Shown here: one piece after another, positions 42,678 through 52,179 of the stretch | Layout: each line of letters starts with the position of its first letter | Numbering within the stretch: position 1 is the first letter of the stretch | Source: Ignavibacteriota bacterium | GTDB lineage: Bacteria; Bacteroidota; Ignavibacteria; UBA10030 | NCBI GenBank assembly: GCA_963727825.1 | Contig: CAVSHO010000009.1 | Location: forward strand, 864,001-928,000 | DNA length: 64,000 nt | Direction of reading: 5' to 3' | Made by a program: the position numbers and the translations under genes | The notes under the pieces: generated by a model | What the model saw: the letters and a program-made list of their open reading frames with translations, nothing else | What the model was told of the DNA's origin: nothing | The model's database searches: none

Positions 42678-43766
42678 TCAATCCAATATTTTTTGTAAGA
42701 TATGCACATCTAAAAGTCTCCCAAATTTCCGCCCAACTTCTTTTAATATTCCAACTTGAACGAAACCAAAATTAGCATGCAAATGCAAACTGACATCGCT
42801 TTCACCGGCTATACGTGCGATGATAGTATGGTATTTTAATTGTATAGCTTCTTTGATCATTGTTTGCAAGAGCGCTGTGCCTATTCCCTTGCCGTGGTAT
42901 TCGGATTTAACATAGAACGATGTTTCTCCTGTATCGTTATATGCATTACGATCGGACCATTTGCTCAGCGATATCCACCCAACAACTTTTCTGTTGAGTA
43001 CTGCAATCCAAACCGGATGTCTGCTATCATGCAATTGAAACCACTGTGCCTGCTCACTTGTGCTCTTCGGTTCAGTGTCGAAAGTTGCAGTTGTTGTAAG
43101 AATTGCTTCATTATAAATTTCGGTGATGGTATCTATATCCGACAACGCTGCTTTCCGCGTCACGAGGGATTTCTTCATTTTATAGTATTCCTTTGCCGAT
43201 AGGGTGGCCTTTACGATGAATTTTGTTTTTGCAATGGTATAACCAACTCTGTCGTTTGGATATATTTCCACTAAATGTAATTTCAGTTGTTGATACTCAT
43301 TTGCAAGATATGGGTGTTCAATCAGATAATCTCGAAATAACAATCTATCCCAGTGTTCAAATTCACCCTCTACCATATGAATGTGATGCGTACGATTTCC
43401 GTGCGTGTCTCGTTTAATGAACCAAGCATAAAATGGCAGGCCATCATCACCGTACGTTGGTCGCCATAAATAATCATACCCTTGCGATATTAATATTGGG
43501 ACTATTACATTCTTTGTTTCTTCGAGAGAAGTCACTTCAACCAAGATGTCAATAATTGGTTTCGCCGATAAACGGGGAATTGCTGTGCTTCCGAAATGCT
43601 CGATTCTTTTAATAATTTTATGCGGTAGACAGGCAAAAAGATGCTTCTTTTCCTCTTCAAACATCTTTGGCCAGTCTGGGTTATACGGAACAATAAAAAC
43701 TTCTTCCTGTGCCGCCTGTTTAACGCGCTTTTCAAGAGAATCTTTGTCGTTTGCTATCTCGGCCAT
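42678..43766 (-). CDS. GrpB/UPF0157 domain fused to a PAT-like GNAT acetyltransferase
   Basis: N-half EHFGSTAIP, KPIIDI, HHIHM, LFRDYL. C-half IYNEAI.TTTATFD, VGRKFGRLLDV. Confidence 0.8.
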   Translation of the reverse strand: MAEIANDKDSLEKRVKQAAQEEVFIVPYNPDWPKMFEEEKKHLFACLPHKIIKRIEHFGSTAIPRLSAKPIIDILVEVTSLEETKNVIVPILISQGYDYLWRPTYGDDGLPFYAWFIKRDTHGNRTHHIHMVEGEFEHWDRLLFRDYLIEHPYLANEYQQLKLHLVEIYPNDRVGYTIAKTKFIVKATLSAKEYYKMKKSLVTRKAALSDIDTITEIYNEAILTTTATFDTEPKSTSEQAQWFQLHDSRHPVWIAVLNRKVVGWISLSKWSDRNAYNDTGETSFYVKSEYHGKGIGTALLQTMIKEAIQLKYHTIIARIAGESDVSLHLHANFGFVQVGILKEVGRKFGRLLDVHILQKILD

Positions 43767-43787
43767 AATTTATTTCAATTGCTTTGC

Positions 43788-45119
43788 TTATGTTTTCTGC
43801 TGTTTCTTCTTCGCTGCAGGAAATAGAACATTATTTAATATCAACCGGTAACCAGGTGAGTTTTTGTGCAGATTCAAATCGGTTGGAGGATTGCCGACGG
43901 CATGTTGATAATCTTCAGGATCGTGCCCGCCGTACCAAGTAAATGTGCCGCGTCCGAAGTTGCCGTGGATATATTTCACTTCTTCTGTTCCTTCACGTTC
44001 TGCAAGAATTGTTATTGTCTTTTTAATTAAGCTTTTCTTGAATGCCGTTGTCTGCCCCATAAATCCTTTGATGATGTTGACATGGTCTTGTGTCAGCATC
44101 GTCGGCACGGGATCATACTTCGCAGAGAATTCAAAAAGCGTAAAATAGTCCGTATTCGGATCGCGAATGGGAGGTGGATCGCTTGGTGGAATGTCAATAT
44201 CTGAATATTCGTAGCGTAGCGGATTCATCTCGAGTTTGAAATTCTCGAAAGCCAATGTCTTGCTGAAGTCAAGCTTTGCCTGAGCGTTGCGATCGGCCGG
44301 GTCGCCATCGAACATTACATCACAAATGTCAACATTTTCTGCTGCTAAAGCAATATCGTAACTGTCTGTTGCAGAACACATCGCAAACATAAACCCGCCG
44401 TTGCCGATAAATTCCTTAATAGAACGAGCAACAGCTTTTTTCTCTTCAGACACTTTTTTATAGCCAAGTCGCTTGGCTTCGCGTTCATACAACATTTGCT
44501 GTTCAATATACCATGATGCATTACGGAAGCTTGCATAGAACTTTCCATACTGCCCTGTGAAATCTTCATGGTGCAAGTGAAGCCAGTCGTACTCCGCAAG
44601 CTTTCCTGAAAGAACTTCTTCATCCCATACTTTAGTATAATGAATTTCTGCATACTCGAGCGCCAATGTTACAGCATCGTCCCATGGTTTGAAGCCCGGT
44701 GGTACATAAACAGCAATCTTTGGTGCTTTTTCCAATCGCACTACATCTTCGTTGTTATCCTCGCGTTGGACTTCGGCATACAATGAAACTGCTTCGGTTG
44801 CGGTGAGCGGTTCAAAAAAAACACCGCGAATACGACACTCATCTGCTAATATATCACTATAGTCGCATAGGAATGATCCGCCCCGGTAGTTGAGAAGCCA
44901 ATCGACCTCGCCATTTTTTTCTAACAACCAAAAAGCAATACCGTAAGATTTTAAATGATCGGTTTGTTTCAGGTCCATTGGAATGAGAAGTTTGGATTGG
45001 GAATAACTTATGGATGAACAAAGAACCAGTGCTAGAAGGCAACCAAGTCTGCCAATGATATATCGGTAGATATGCAGCCTTGATGAGTATAATTTTGTTC
45101 GAGTAGTTTTTCTTTCCAT
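43788..45119 (-). CDS. Conserved exported FCB-group protein with class I amidotransferase-like Cys elbow (often labelled 'asparagine synthetase B')
   Basis: Signal-peptide-like segment, DWLLNYRGGSF, DWLHLHHEDFTGQYGKF, FAMCSATD and GGHDPEDY. Confidence 0.65.
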   Translation of the reverse strand: MERKTTRTKLYSSRLHIYRYIIGRLGCLLALVLCSSISYSQSKLLIPMDLKQTDHLKSYGIAFWLLEKNGEVDWLLNYRGGSFLCDYSDILADECRIRGVFFEPLTATEAVSLYAEVQREDNNEDVVRLEKAPKIAVYVPPGFKPWDDAVTLALEYAEIHYTKVWDEEVLSGKLAEYDWLHLHHEDFTGQYGKFYASFRNASWYIEQQMLYEREAKRLGYKKVSEEKKAVARSIKEFIGNGGFMFAMCSATDSYDIALAAENVDICDVMFDGDPADRNAQAKLDFSKTLAFENFKLEMNPLRYEYSDIDIPPSDPPPIRDPNTDYFTLFEFSAKYDPVPTMLTQDHVNIIKGFMGQTTAFKKSLIKKTITILAEREGTEEVKYIHGNFGRGTFTWYGGHDPEDYQHAVGNPPTDLNLHKNSPGYRLILNNVLFPAAKKKQQKT

Positions 45120-45250
45120 CTTATACTTTCGACTTCGTAAACGCGAGAGAAGTTCCCTTCGTCATAACTATCGAAATATACTTAATTAATTCTAAATCAT
45201 TGTTAATAGAAGAGGCAGGTAATCAGTTTTAATAAAGATAGGTCTTGCTG

Positions 45251-46489
45251 CTATTTAATTGTCTCGTATGCCATCGCATTCAAAAGCATAATGCGATTCT
45301 TCATCGGAGGGTGTGTAGCGAATAAATCAGCCCACCAACCTTCCTTCGAATTGATTTCTTTTCCTAATGGATCAACGATGCATAAATGAGCAATGCCTTT
45401 TTGAAAAGAAGTCGTAGGTTCTGTGGCATTTTCTATTTTTGTCAATGCGCTGGCAAGTGCTTTGGGATTGCGCGTAAGTTCTGCTCCTCCTGCATCGGCA
45501 AGATATTCTCGCTGACGTGATACGGCCATCGCCACAATGCGGGCAATCAATGGAGCCAAAAGTAACGTAATAAGCCAACCAATGAACAAGACACCGCGAA
45601 TCATCCATCCGGCGCCGGGAGCGCGGCTTCCAACAAATCCACCGAAAAAAGCACTCTTCTTCATCCACTCAGAAAGTAAAAGCACGGCGCCAAATAGAAC
45701 TGTAATAATTGTCATCAATTGGGTATCAGAATTTCGAATGTGGCTCGTCTCGTGCGCAATAACACCCTGCAATTCTTCGCGGTCGAGCATTGCAAGCAAT
45801 CCAGTTGTGACAACAATAGAACTTTGCCGTACATCAGTGCCAACAGTAAAGGCATTTGGATCGGAATCATTCACTATATATACTTTTGGAGCTGGAATTC
45901 CTGCTGCAAGACTCATTTCTTTAACCACATTCAATAATTCTGGAAGATCCGCAACAGTTTCATCCGGTTGCTCGGCATGCACAGACCAAAGTATAGAGTT
46001 CTTTCCCCAACGAAGACTCGTTAGAATAGAAACAATGCCAATGATGACTGCTAAAGTTGTTCCAATAGGAAGAAATTGCAAGAGAGTGAGGTTGCTACAT
46101 TGTGAAAAGAATTGCAGAAAGGGACGGGGATTGAAAAAGAACGCTAAGAGAAAAATAAGGAAAATAAATGCCATAATTGTTGTTTTTAATAACCACTTAT
46201 TTAACGGATCATTTCCTTCGTCATCATCATCAGCAAACTGTTTCGGTTTTTTCCACAATCCCTCTGCCGCCCGCTGTTTGAAATTCCAGATACCTGAACC
46301 AACCATAAGTATTACAAATGGAAGGATGATGATTCGCGCTACAGGACTGACATTAAAAAAAATATCAAATCCCGCACCGATAACCGCAATAAGAAGAACG
46401 AATGCCACAATGAGCAGCCATGTCATCCGGTGGTTGTGAGCCTGCTGTTCGTAGATATTGTGTGCGTGAGTTAAGATTGGCTCAGGCAT
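45251..46489 (-). CDS. M48/HtpX-family membrane zinc protease with extra TM insertion
   Basis: PNAF, HETSH, REYLADA and THPP. Confidence 0.88.
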   Translation of the reverse strand: MPEPILTHAHNIYEQQAHNHRMTWLLIVAFVLLIAVIGAGFDIFFNVSPVARIIILPFVILMVGSGIWNFKQRAAEGLWKKPKQFADDDDEGNDPLNKWLLKTTIMAFIFLIFLLAFFFNPRPFLQFFSQCSNLTLLQFLPIGTTLAVIIGIVSILTSLRWGKNSILWSVHAEQPDETVADLPELLNVVKEMSLAAGIPAPKVYIVNDSDPNAFTVGTDVRQSSIVVTTGLLAMLDREELQGVIAHETSHIRNSDTQLMTIITVLFGAVLLLSEWMKKSAFFGGFVGSRAPGAGWMIRGVLFIGWLITLLLAPLIARIVAMAVSRQREYLADAGGAELTRNPKALASALTKIENATEPTTSFQKGIAHLCIVDPLGKEINSKEGWWADLFATHPPMKNRIMLLNAMAYETIK

Positions 46490-46493
46490 TGTT

Positions 46494-47480
46494 TTACTTT
46501 GAGTACTGATATGCCATCGACTTCAACAGCATAATACGCTTTTGTATTGGAGGATGTGTTGCGAACAATTCAGCCCAAAATCCTTCTTTTTCATTTATTT
46601 TTTTACCAAGCGGGTCTACTACACATAGGTGTGCAATGCCGCGCTTAATGGTAACCGTTGGTGCCGAAGCGTTCTCTAGTTTCTGAAGAGCTTTCGCAAG
46701 AGCCAGCGGATTTCGCGTGAGCTCGGCAGCAGAAGCATCGGCAAGATATTCACGTTTACGTGAAATCATCATCGCCATGATTTTTGTAAGTACAGGGGCA
46801 AGGAGTGCCGTAATAAGCCAGAGAAGAAGAAACACTATTATTAATGGATTTTTTCCTTTGGAACGTATGCCGCGTCCAGAAATAAACCCAAACCGAATAC
46901 CTCGAAGAGAAAGATCCGCCAATAAAACAATTGCACCGACACATGCAGCTACGAGTGTCATCAAACGAATGTCGTAATATCGAATATGACTCATTTCATG
47001 CGCTATTACACCCTGCAATTCGTCACGCTCAAGGGTGGTGAGAAGTCCACGAGTAACGGCAACATAGCTGTGCCCTGGATCCCTGCCCGTCGCAAAAGCA
47101 TTTGGATCATCATCGGGAACAATGTATACCTTTGGCGCCGGTAATCCGGAAGCAATAGACATTTCTTGAACAACATTAAGTAGCTGGCGTTGATCAGGGT
47201 TGTTTGGGTCTGCCGGAACTGCTTGAGCTGATAAAAGTACCGCCGAAGCGCCCCCTTGAAGACTCCATAATGCAAATATGATACTGATAACCAGAGCAAG
47301 GATCGTAACAATCGGAATTTCAGCTTGTGTGTTGAACATTCCTAAATAATAGTAATCAATTCCCAGCCCGATAACTGTAAAAAGCACTATAATACATCCT
47401 ACAATACACCATGTCATCCGGCGATTGTGAGCTTGCTGCTCGTAGATGTTGCGTGCTTGTATTAGGATTGATTCGGACAT
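46494..47480 (-). CDS. htpX: M48/HtpX-family membrane zinc protease
   Basis: PNAFATG, HEMSH, REYLADA and THPP. Directly downstream of lemA. Confidence 0.88.
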   Translation of the reverse strand: MSESILIQARNIYEQQAHNRRMTWCIVGCIIVLFTVIGLGIDYYYLGMFNTQAEIPIVTILALVISIIFALWSLQGGASAVLLSAQAVPADPNNPDQRQLLNVVQEMSIASGLPAPKVYIVPDDDPNAFATGRDPGHSYVAVTRGLLTTLERDELQGVIAHEMSHIRYYDIRLMTLVAACVGAIVLLADLSLRGIRFGFISGRGIRSKGKNPLIIVFLLLWLITALLAPVLTKIMAMMISRKREYLADASAAELTRNPLALAKALQKLENASAPTVTIKRGIAHLCVVDPLGKKINEKEGFWAELFATHPPIQKRIMLLKSMAYQYSK

Positions 47481-47494
47481 TGGTTACCTTGATA

Positions 47495-47540
47495 ACCTTC
47501 GCAAGGGCTCTTAGATTGCACAGGAAAACCTTGCGAAGGT
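47495..47540. repeat. REP-like inverted repeat between lemA and htpX
   Basis: ACCTTCGCAAGG-N22-CCTTGCGAAGGT, perfect 12-bp arms, no U-tract. Confidence 0.6.
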
Positions 47541-47551
47541 ATCTCCAGAGA

Positions 47552-48115
47552 TTATTTTTTTAGCGAGAGATCTACAGTTGGAGTTTCTCGCTCTCCGGAA
47601 TCTTTAATCTCGAATAGAGGGAACATTTTAAATCCAAAGGATGATGCAAACAAATTTGTAGGAAAAACCTCTAACTTTGTATTATATGTTGTTGTGATGT
47701 CGTTGTAGAACTGACGCGCAAATGTGATTTGGTTTTCGGTGGTTGTCAATTCTTCCATCAACGGCTGAACGCTTTCGTTTGCTTTTAAAGTCGGATAATT
47801 TTCAACAACGGCAAAAAGTTTGGAGAGCGCTGATGATAGTACATCTTCTTTCGCCATACTATCGGTAATATTTTTTGCGCCAACAGCAGCTGCACGAGCT
47901 TGGATAACACCCTCAAGCGTTCCTTTCTCAAATTCCATCTGTCCCTTAACCGCATTGACAAGATTAGGAATTAGATCATGCCGGCGCTTGAGCTGTACAT
48001 CTATTTGTTTCCAGGCATTGCGCACTTGATTTCGGATTTGGACAAGAGAATTGTACCCACCAATTGCTGCAATGACAAGAATAACTATGAGAACAAGCAA
48101 AATAATGAAGATCAT
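47552..48115 (-). CDS. lemA: LemA family protein
   Basis: N-terminal TM, YNSLV, IDVQLKRRHDLIPNLV, ENYPTLKAN and RQFYN. Confidence 0.93.
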   Translation of the reverse strand: MIFIILLVLIVILVIAAIGGYNSLVQIRNQVRNAWKQIDVQLKRRHDLIPNLVNAVKGQMEFEKGTLEGVIQARAAAVGAKNITDSMAKEDVLSSALSKLFAVVENYPTLKANESVQPLMEELTTTENQITFARQFYNDITTTYNTKLEVFPTNLFASSFGFKMFPLFEIKDSGERETPTVDLSLKK

Positions 48116-48203
48116 TGATCCCTCCTGTAGTAGTAATAAGTTATCAATCGAATTATAACATTATTTTATGATAAATGAATAAATTCTGTAGATGTGTTGA
48201 GAG

Positions 48204-49292
48204 TTATTTCTTCTTAAATAGAAATATATATTCATGTTTAAAAATGTAAAAGCCACCTACCAATGCACGATATCGCCAAAGTTCTTTTTGATTTTTTTTC
48301 CCTTTTGTCTCATCAAAATTCTTAATGATAATAGATTTCAAGGAATATCCCCGTTTTAAAACTTCTTGCATCGTGTAAAAACCAAGGGGTATCCAATTAC
48401 CGCCGGAATATTTATCACCAATAACTACTGCGAGGTAGCGACCTTTGTTCAAAACAGGATATGTAGCATCGACGACTTTGTCGAAAAGACCTAAAAATTC
48501 ATTCATCGATTTTGCATTTGACAGGTCTCTCTTGTTTTTGCTAAATTTGATAATATCCCAGTAGGGTGGATGCATAATTAAAAATTGCACACTATTAATT
48601 TTTCGTTGATGTAACTCGCGCTCAAAATCTATACTTGAACTGTCGCCGACAATAACTTCTGTACGAGTTGAGTAATGACCAACTTCCTGCCTAATAGCTT
48701 TCGTAGCTGAGTTTGCAACTTTTCGTAGAAGTTCTACTCCGATACCGTTCCGGCCCAATCTCTTGCTTTCGATTAAAGTAGTACCACTTCCAAGAAATGC
48801 ATCCATCACCCATTCACCTCTTTTTGTATAGCGCCGCAACAACTGATTTGGAATTTGCGGAATAAAGTTGCCCCAATAACCTCCGCTATGAACGCCAGAG
48901 GTATCGCGTTTTTCTAAAACCCATAGACTGTCTGTAAGAATATCATCATATTCTTTCCATCTATGTAAATTCAGATCGTTGATCTTACCGGTCTTTGTTT
49001 CAGAAAGTGCACGGATTAATCTTTGGATGTAATATTTTGTTCTTTCAATTGTTCGAGTATCAATAATTTGGTCAAGCTCACCGAATAAATATTCCGACCT
49101 AACTTTCATAATTTTTCGACCAAACAGTATGTTATAAGCACCATCTTTACTCTTAGACCACTTTTCGACATCTATTTTAATGTTACGGACCGCAGCACGA
49201 ATATGAACAAGATTTCTTTGCTCAAGCAATTTTGATAAAGTATTTATTATTTTTGTTTTGTTTGATATCATTTTGTCAACATTTTTTACCAT
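48204..49292 (-). CDS. Orphan amino-DNA methyltransferase (m4C/m6A type, HPPY motif IV)
   Basis: GNFIPQIP, DAFLGSGTT (motif I), MHPPYWDII (motif IV) and VIGDKY. No restriction gene is adjacent. Confidence 0.8.
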   Translation of the reverse strand: MVKNVDKMISNKTKIINTLSKLLEQRNLVHIRAAVRNIKIDVEKWSKSKDGAYNILFGRKIMKVRSEYLFGELDQIIDTRTIERTKYYIQRLIRALSETKTGKINDLNLHRWKEYDDILTDSLWVLEKRDTSGVHSGGYWGNFIPQIPNQLLRRYTKRGEWVMDAFLGSGTTLIESKRLGRNGIGVELLRKVANSATKAIRQEVGHYSTRTEVIVGDSSSIDFERELHQRKINSVQFLIMHPPYWDIIKFSKNKRDLSNAKSMNEFLGLFDKVVDATYPVLNKGRYLAVVIGDKYSGGNWIPLGFYTMQEVLKRGYSLKSIIIKNFDETKGKKNQKELWRYRALVGGFYIFKHEYIFLFKKK

Positions 49293-49297
49293 AAGTC

Positions 49298-49432
49298 ATC
49301 TCAAAAATGATTCTAAGGCACACCGAGCCTGTCAAAGAGTGACGTAATATGCCACATATCAAACTTCGACCTGCCTGCGTGCCTTCGGCGTGCAGGCAAG
49401 ATCAGCCTGACAGTAAATGGTATTTTTGAGAT
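49298..49432. mobile_element. MITE/REP-like mosaic element
   Basis: Terminal IR ATCTCAAAAAT/ATTTTTGAGAT. Internal degenerate CACCGAGCCTGTC..AAG / CTTCGAC..TCAGCCTGACA pair, interrupted by a TGCCTGC..GCAGGCA hairpin. Confidence 0.55.
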
Positions 49433-49549
49433 AGCTCCTATTAATCTATCGATTGCTTATAAGATACTGCACCTCTTTTCCGTTTGCAAGAGCACGCACG
49501 CTGAAATAGATTTTGCATGGGTACCCCCTGCCGCTCAAGAACATATCCT

Positions 49550-49738
49550 TAATGTTATATTGTCAGCCTTGCATTCGGTTTGATTACAATAGGTTTAATG
49601 ATTGGTGTTGTTCTCGGTTCAATTGCCGGTTTGCGGCTACAATCACGTACTCACAGGAATTTTGATATTCTTTTGCGGAGCGGCTATCCAATTCCTAACT
49701 TTGCAAAGCACTTTTTAGAATATAATGAACGACATTAA
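49550..49738 (+). pseudogene. Possible remnant of a membrane protein
   Basis: Two hydrophobic stretches in different frames (SLAFGLITIGLMIGVVLGSIAG and VLTGILIFFCGAAIQFL), no clear start. Confidence 0.25.
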
Positions 49739-49793
49739 GGTAGTAATTTATCTTGGTGTAATCTTATTTCTCATCAGAGTAAGATAATACAAA

Positions 49794-50732
49794 CTATCTC
49801 TGCACTGCCTGGTAGTATTCTTCTCCATTGAATATAAATGACTTAATATTTTTTTCTCGATCTAATTTCTGTAACGATGCAATAATATTTTCCTGCCTTA
49901 TATCCAACGATTCTGTCATTTGAGCGACAGTCATTGCACGGCGCTTGAGCAAAGCGAGAATCGTCTGCCCATCAATATTGTGCTCTTGGGTCTTTTGTGT
50001 TTCTTTGAAGATGCCGATTATTTCACTGCGCCAACCCAATATCTTTTGAATCTCCTTCAAGCGGCCTTCTTCCACCGGCTGTGCGATTGCATATGCTGGC
50101 GGACGGATAACGGTATTGAGATGTATTCTTTCAGGCTGAATCTCATCGAGCACCTGTTTCATTTTAAAAATCTCTTCGTCATGGTCGTTCATACCTTTAA
50201 CAAAAAGAATTTCGATCCACATCCTGCCTTTGTATTCTTGCCGGAACATTTTGATGCCGTTAATAATAGTGTCTATGCGGAGTTTCGGATTAGGCCGATC
50301 GACTTTTTCAAATACATCTACCGAAACTGCATCCAGAGATGGTGAGACAATATCTGCATCCATCAAATCGCGCCTCACTTCAGGCAAGTTTAATAATGTT
50401 CCGTTAGTTAGCACAGCAACTGGAATTTTCGTCATTTGTTTGATGCCGCGAATTATGTCACCGATTTTTGAATTCAATGTCGGTTCGCCGGAACCAGAAA
50501 TTGTTATATGGTCGAGATTGGGATATTCCGCAATCACTTCTTTTACTTCGGTAAGAATTTCATTTGCAGGTAAATATTCTTTCCTTGCAAGACCTCGCTT
50601 GTCGGTTACGCCAACTTCACAGTACACACAATCAAGCGAGCATAATTTATTTGGGATAATGTCCACACCAAGCGATAATCCTAATCGTCGTGATGGAACA
50701 GGGCCAAATGTATATTTTCGTTGTACGGGCAT
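49794..50732 (-). CDS. Radical SAM protein (COG0731 / TYW1-like family)
   Basis: FGPVPSRRLGLSLG, CSLDCVYC and SGSGEPTL. Confidence 0.88.
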   Translation of the reverse strand: MPVQRKYTFGPVPSRRLGLSLGVDIIPNKLCSLDCVYCEVGVTDKRGLARKEYLPANEILTEVKEVIAEYPNLDHITISGSGEPTLNSKIGDIIRGIKQMTKIPVAVLTNGTLLNLPEVRRDLMDADIVSPSLDAVSVDVFEKVDRPNPKLRIDTIINGIKMFRQEYKGRMWIEILFVKGMNDHDEEIFKMKQVLDEIQPERIHLNTVIRPPAYAIAQPVEEGRLKEIQKILGWRSEIIGIFKETQKTQEHNIDGQTILALLKRRAMTVAQMTESLDIRQENIIASLQKLDREKNIKSFIFNGEEYYQAVQR

Positions 50733-50889
50733 TACAGTATTTTAAACACAAATCTAAAGTTCATCGTTCCAATAATTTAATAATACGGAATAATTGCGAT
50801 TGAAGTAATCAAAGGAAAACAACTATTGAAAACTGAAATATCTTCTATTATTTTCTTCTTTTCGTTTTATGACTGATACTTGAATTATT

Positions 50890-51392
50890 ATGGAACCAAA
50901 TAAAACATCCGTGGTCGTTATCGGCGAAGGCATTACCATGCTTGATATTATCTGCTGGATGAAGAAACGCGGAATCAATATTCCATCAAAGGGAAAACGA
51001 AAAATTCCCGGCTATTTTTTGAACTTGTGCTCGTTCGGAAATCGAACGCCTGCCGGATTAATTGCACTAATTGCATTTATTGGCGGTGCATGCCAGCCGT
51101 ATTAGTTAGTATAAGGATGCACAAAATATTTAGATAACGCTTGATGAACTCAAATCTATTATGCAATTTTCAGGAAAACCCGTATATTTGAATATGCGCT
51201 GGTAAAGATCTATTGCATAATATGAAATAGATTACCAGCAAAAGATTTACATACTCACTCAGTTTGAAGAATCCAACTAAGACATATTGCTGGCGGGAAA
51301 AACATCACGGCGGCATTGCAGTTGGCGAATGTGTGAAAAATGCGTATGAGATTGCAGGGGATGTCTACCCTCCGACACTCTCAACACTATAG
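50890..51392 (+). pseudogene. hemY: Collapsed HemY-type proto/coproporphyrinogen oxidase pseudogene
   Basis: Degenerate FAD-binding start (SVVVIGEGIT...WMKKRGINI) joined to C-terminal motifs IPSK..RKI, FGNRTPAG.IALIAFIGGA.QP, LDELKSIM, RW*RSIA*YEI and LLAG/GGIAVGECVKNAYEIA, with in-frame stops. Confidence 0.65.
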
Positions 51393-51426
51393 ACCTTATT
51401 TGATGTCTTCCTCGAAAGGATTAAAT

Positions 51427-52145
51427 ATGAAAAAGAATATTACGCTTTATATTGCATTGTTTAGTTTTATTACAACTGCTATGCTCGTGGCGCAAGTGCA
51501 GCAAGCGGTATATCAAGATGAAAATACACCGCCTGAATCTTTTACCATTCTGCTAAAAGATGAGTGGGCTTACTTACGCGATGCTGTTACACAAACTGAA
51601 AAATGAAACAGAAACACGAGGCGAGTTTGAGACAACACAGGAATTTCAGGCACGAGTGTCGCGTTCTCGTGATTCCCTTCAAAGCAAATTGAATGTCCAC
51701 ATCAAAGAAACAAAGTTGGATCACAGGAGTTTTTGGCTTGTGGTTCAAGGCAACACTCGTCTCATACAATGCAGATGCAGAAATATACTCTTTCAAATGT
51801 CCAACAACCATCGAAGCACATTACAGTATTCCAGCCGTGGATTGTCTTGTTCCGTCTAATCCGTTTATTGATTTAGTGGATAGTATTCGGGGTGGTTATC
51901 GGACATCGAGTATATTTATGAAATTCAATCCGGATTTCAGATGGAAAGTTAAAAGAAACGAAGCACAATCGGCAAAAGGAAACGAATCCGATATATTTTT
52001 CAAAGTTCATTTTATAGTGAGCTTGACACAGGAAGGATCTGCAATTCATGGACAATTGAAAATAATCCCGAAAGATATTGCACTGATGAATCGAAGCAAT
52101 AATTATGTGTATTGGAAAGAAGAAATAACTCCAACGGACAGGTAG
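51427..52145 (+). CDS. Exported hypothetical protein, two indels
   Basis: Signal peptide MKKNITLYIALFS, then RGEFETTQEF, continuing through ORFs 51560-51859 and 51693-52145. Confidence 0.6.
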
Positions 52146-52179
52146 GATAGCTTGAACCGGTTAGGGGGCGTTTTGCCAA

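Noticed and set aside
45537-46439. 300-aa plus-strand ORF
   Set aside because: Antisense shadow of the HtpX paralog with no motif. The same holds for the many short overlapping ORFs in the track.
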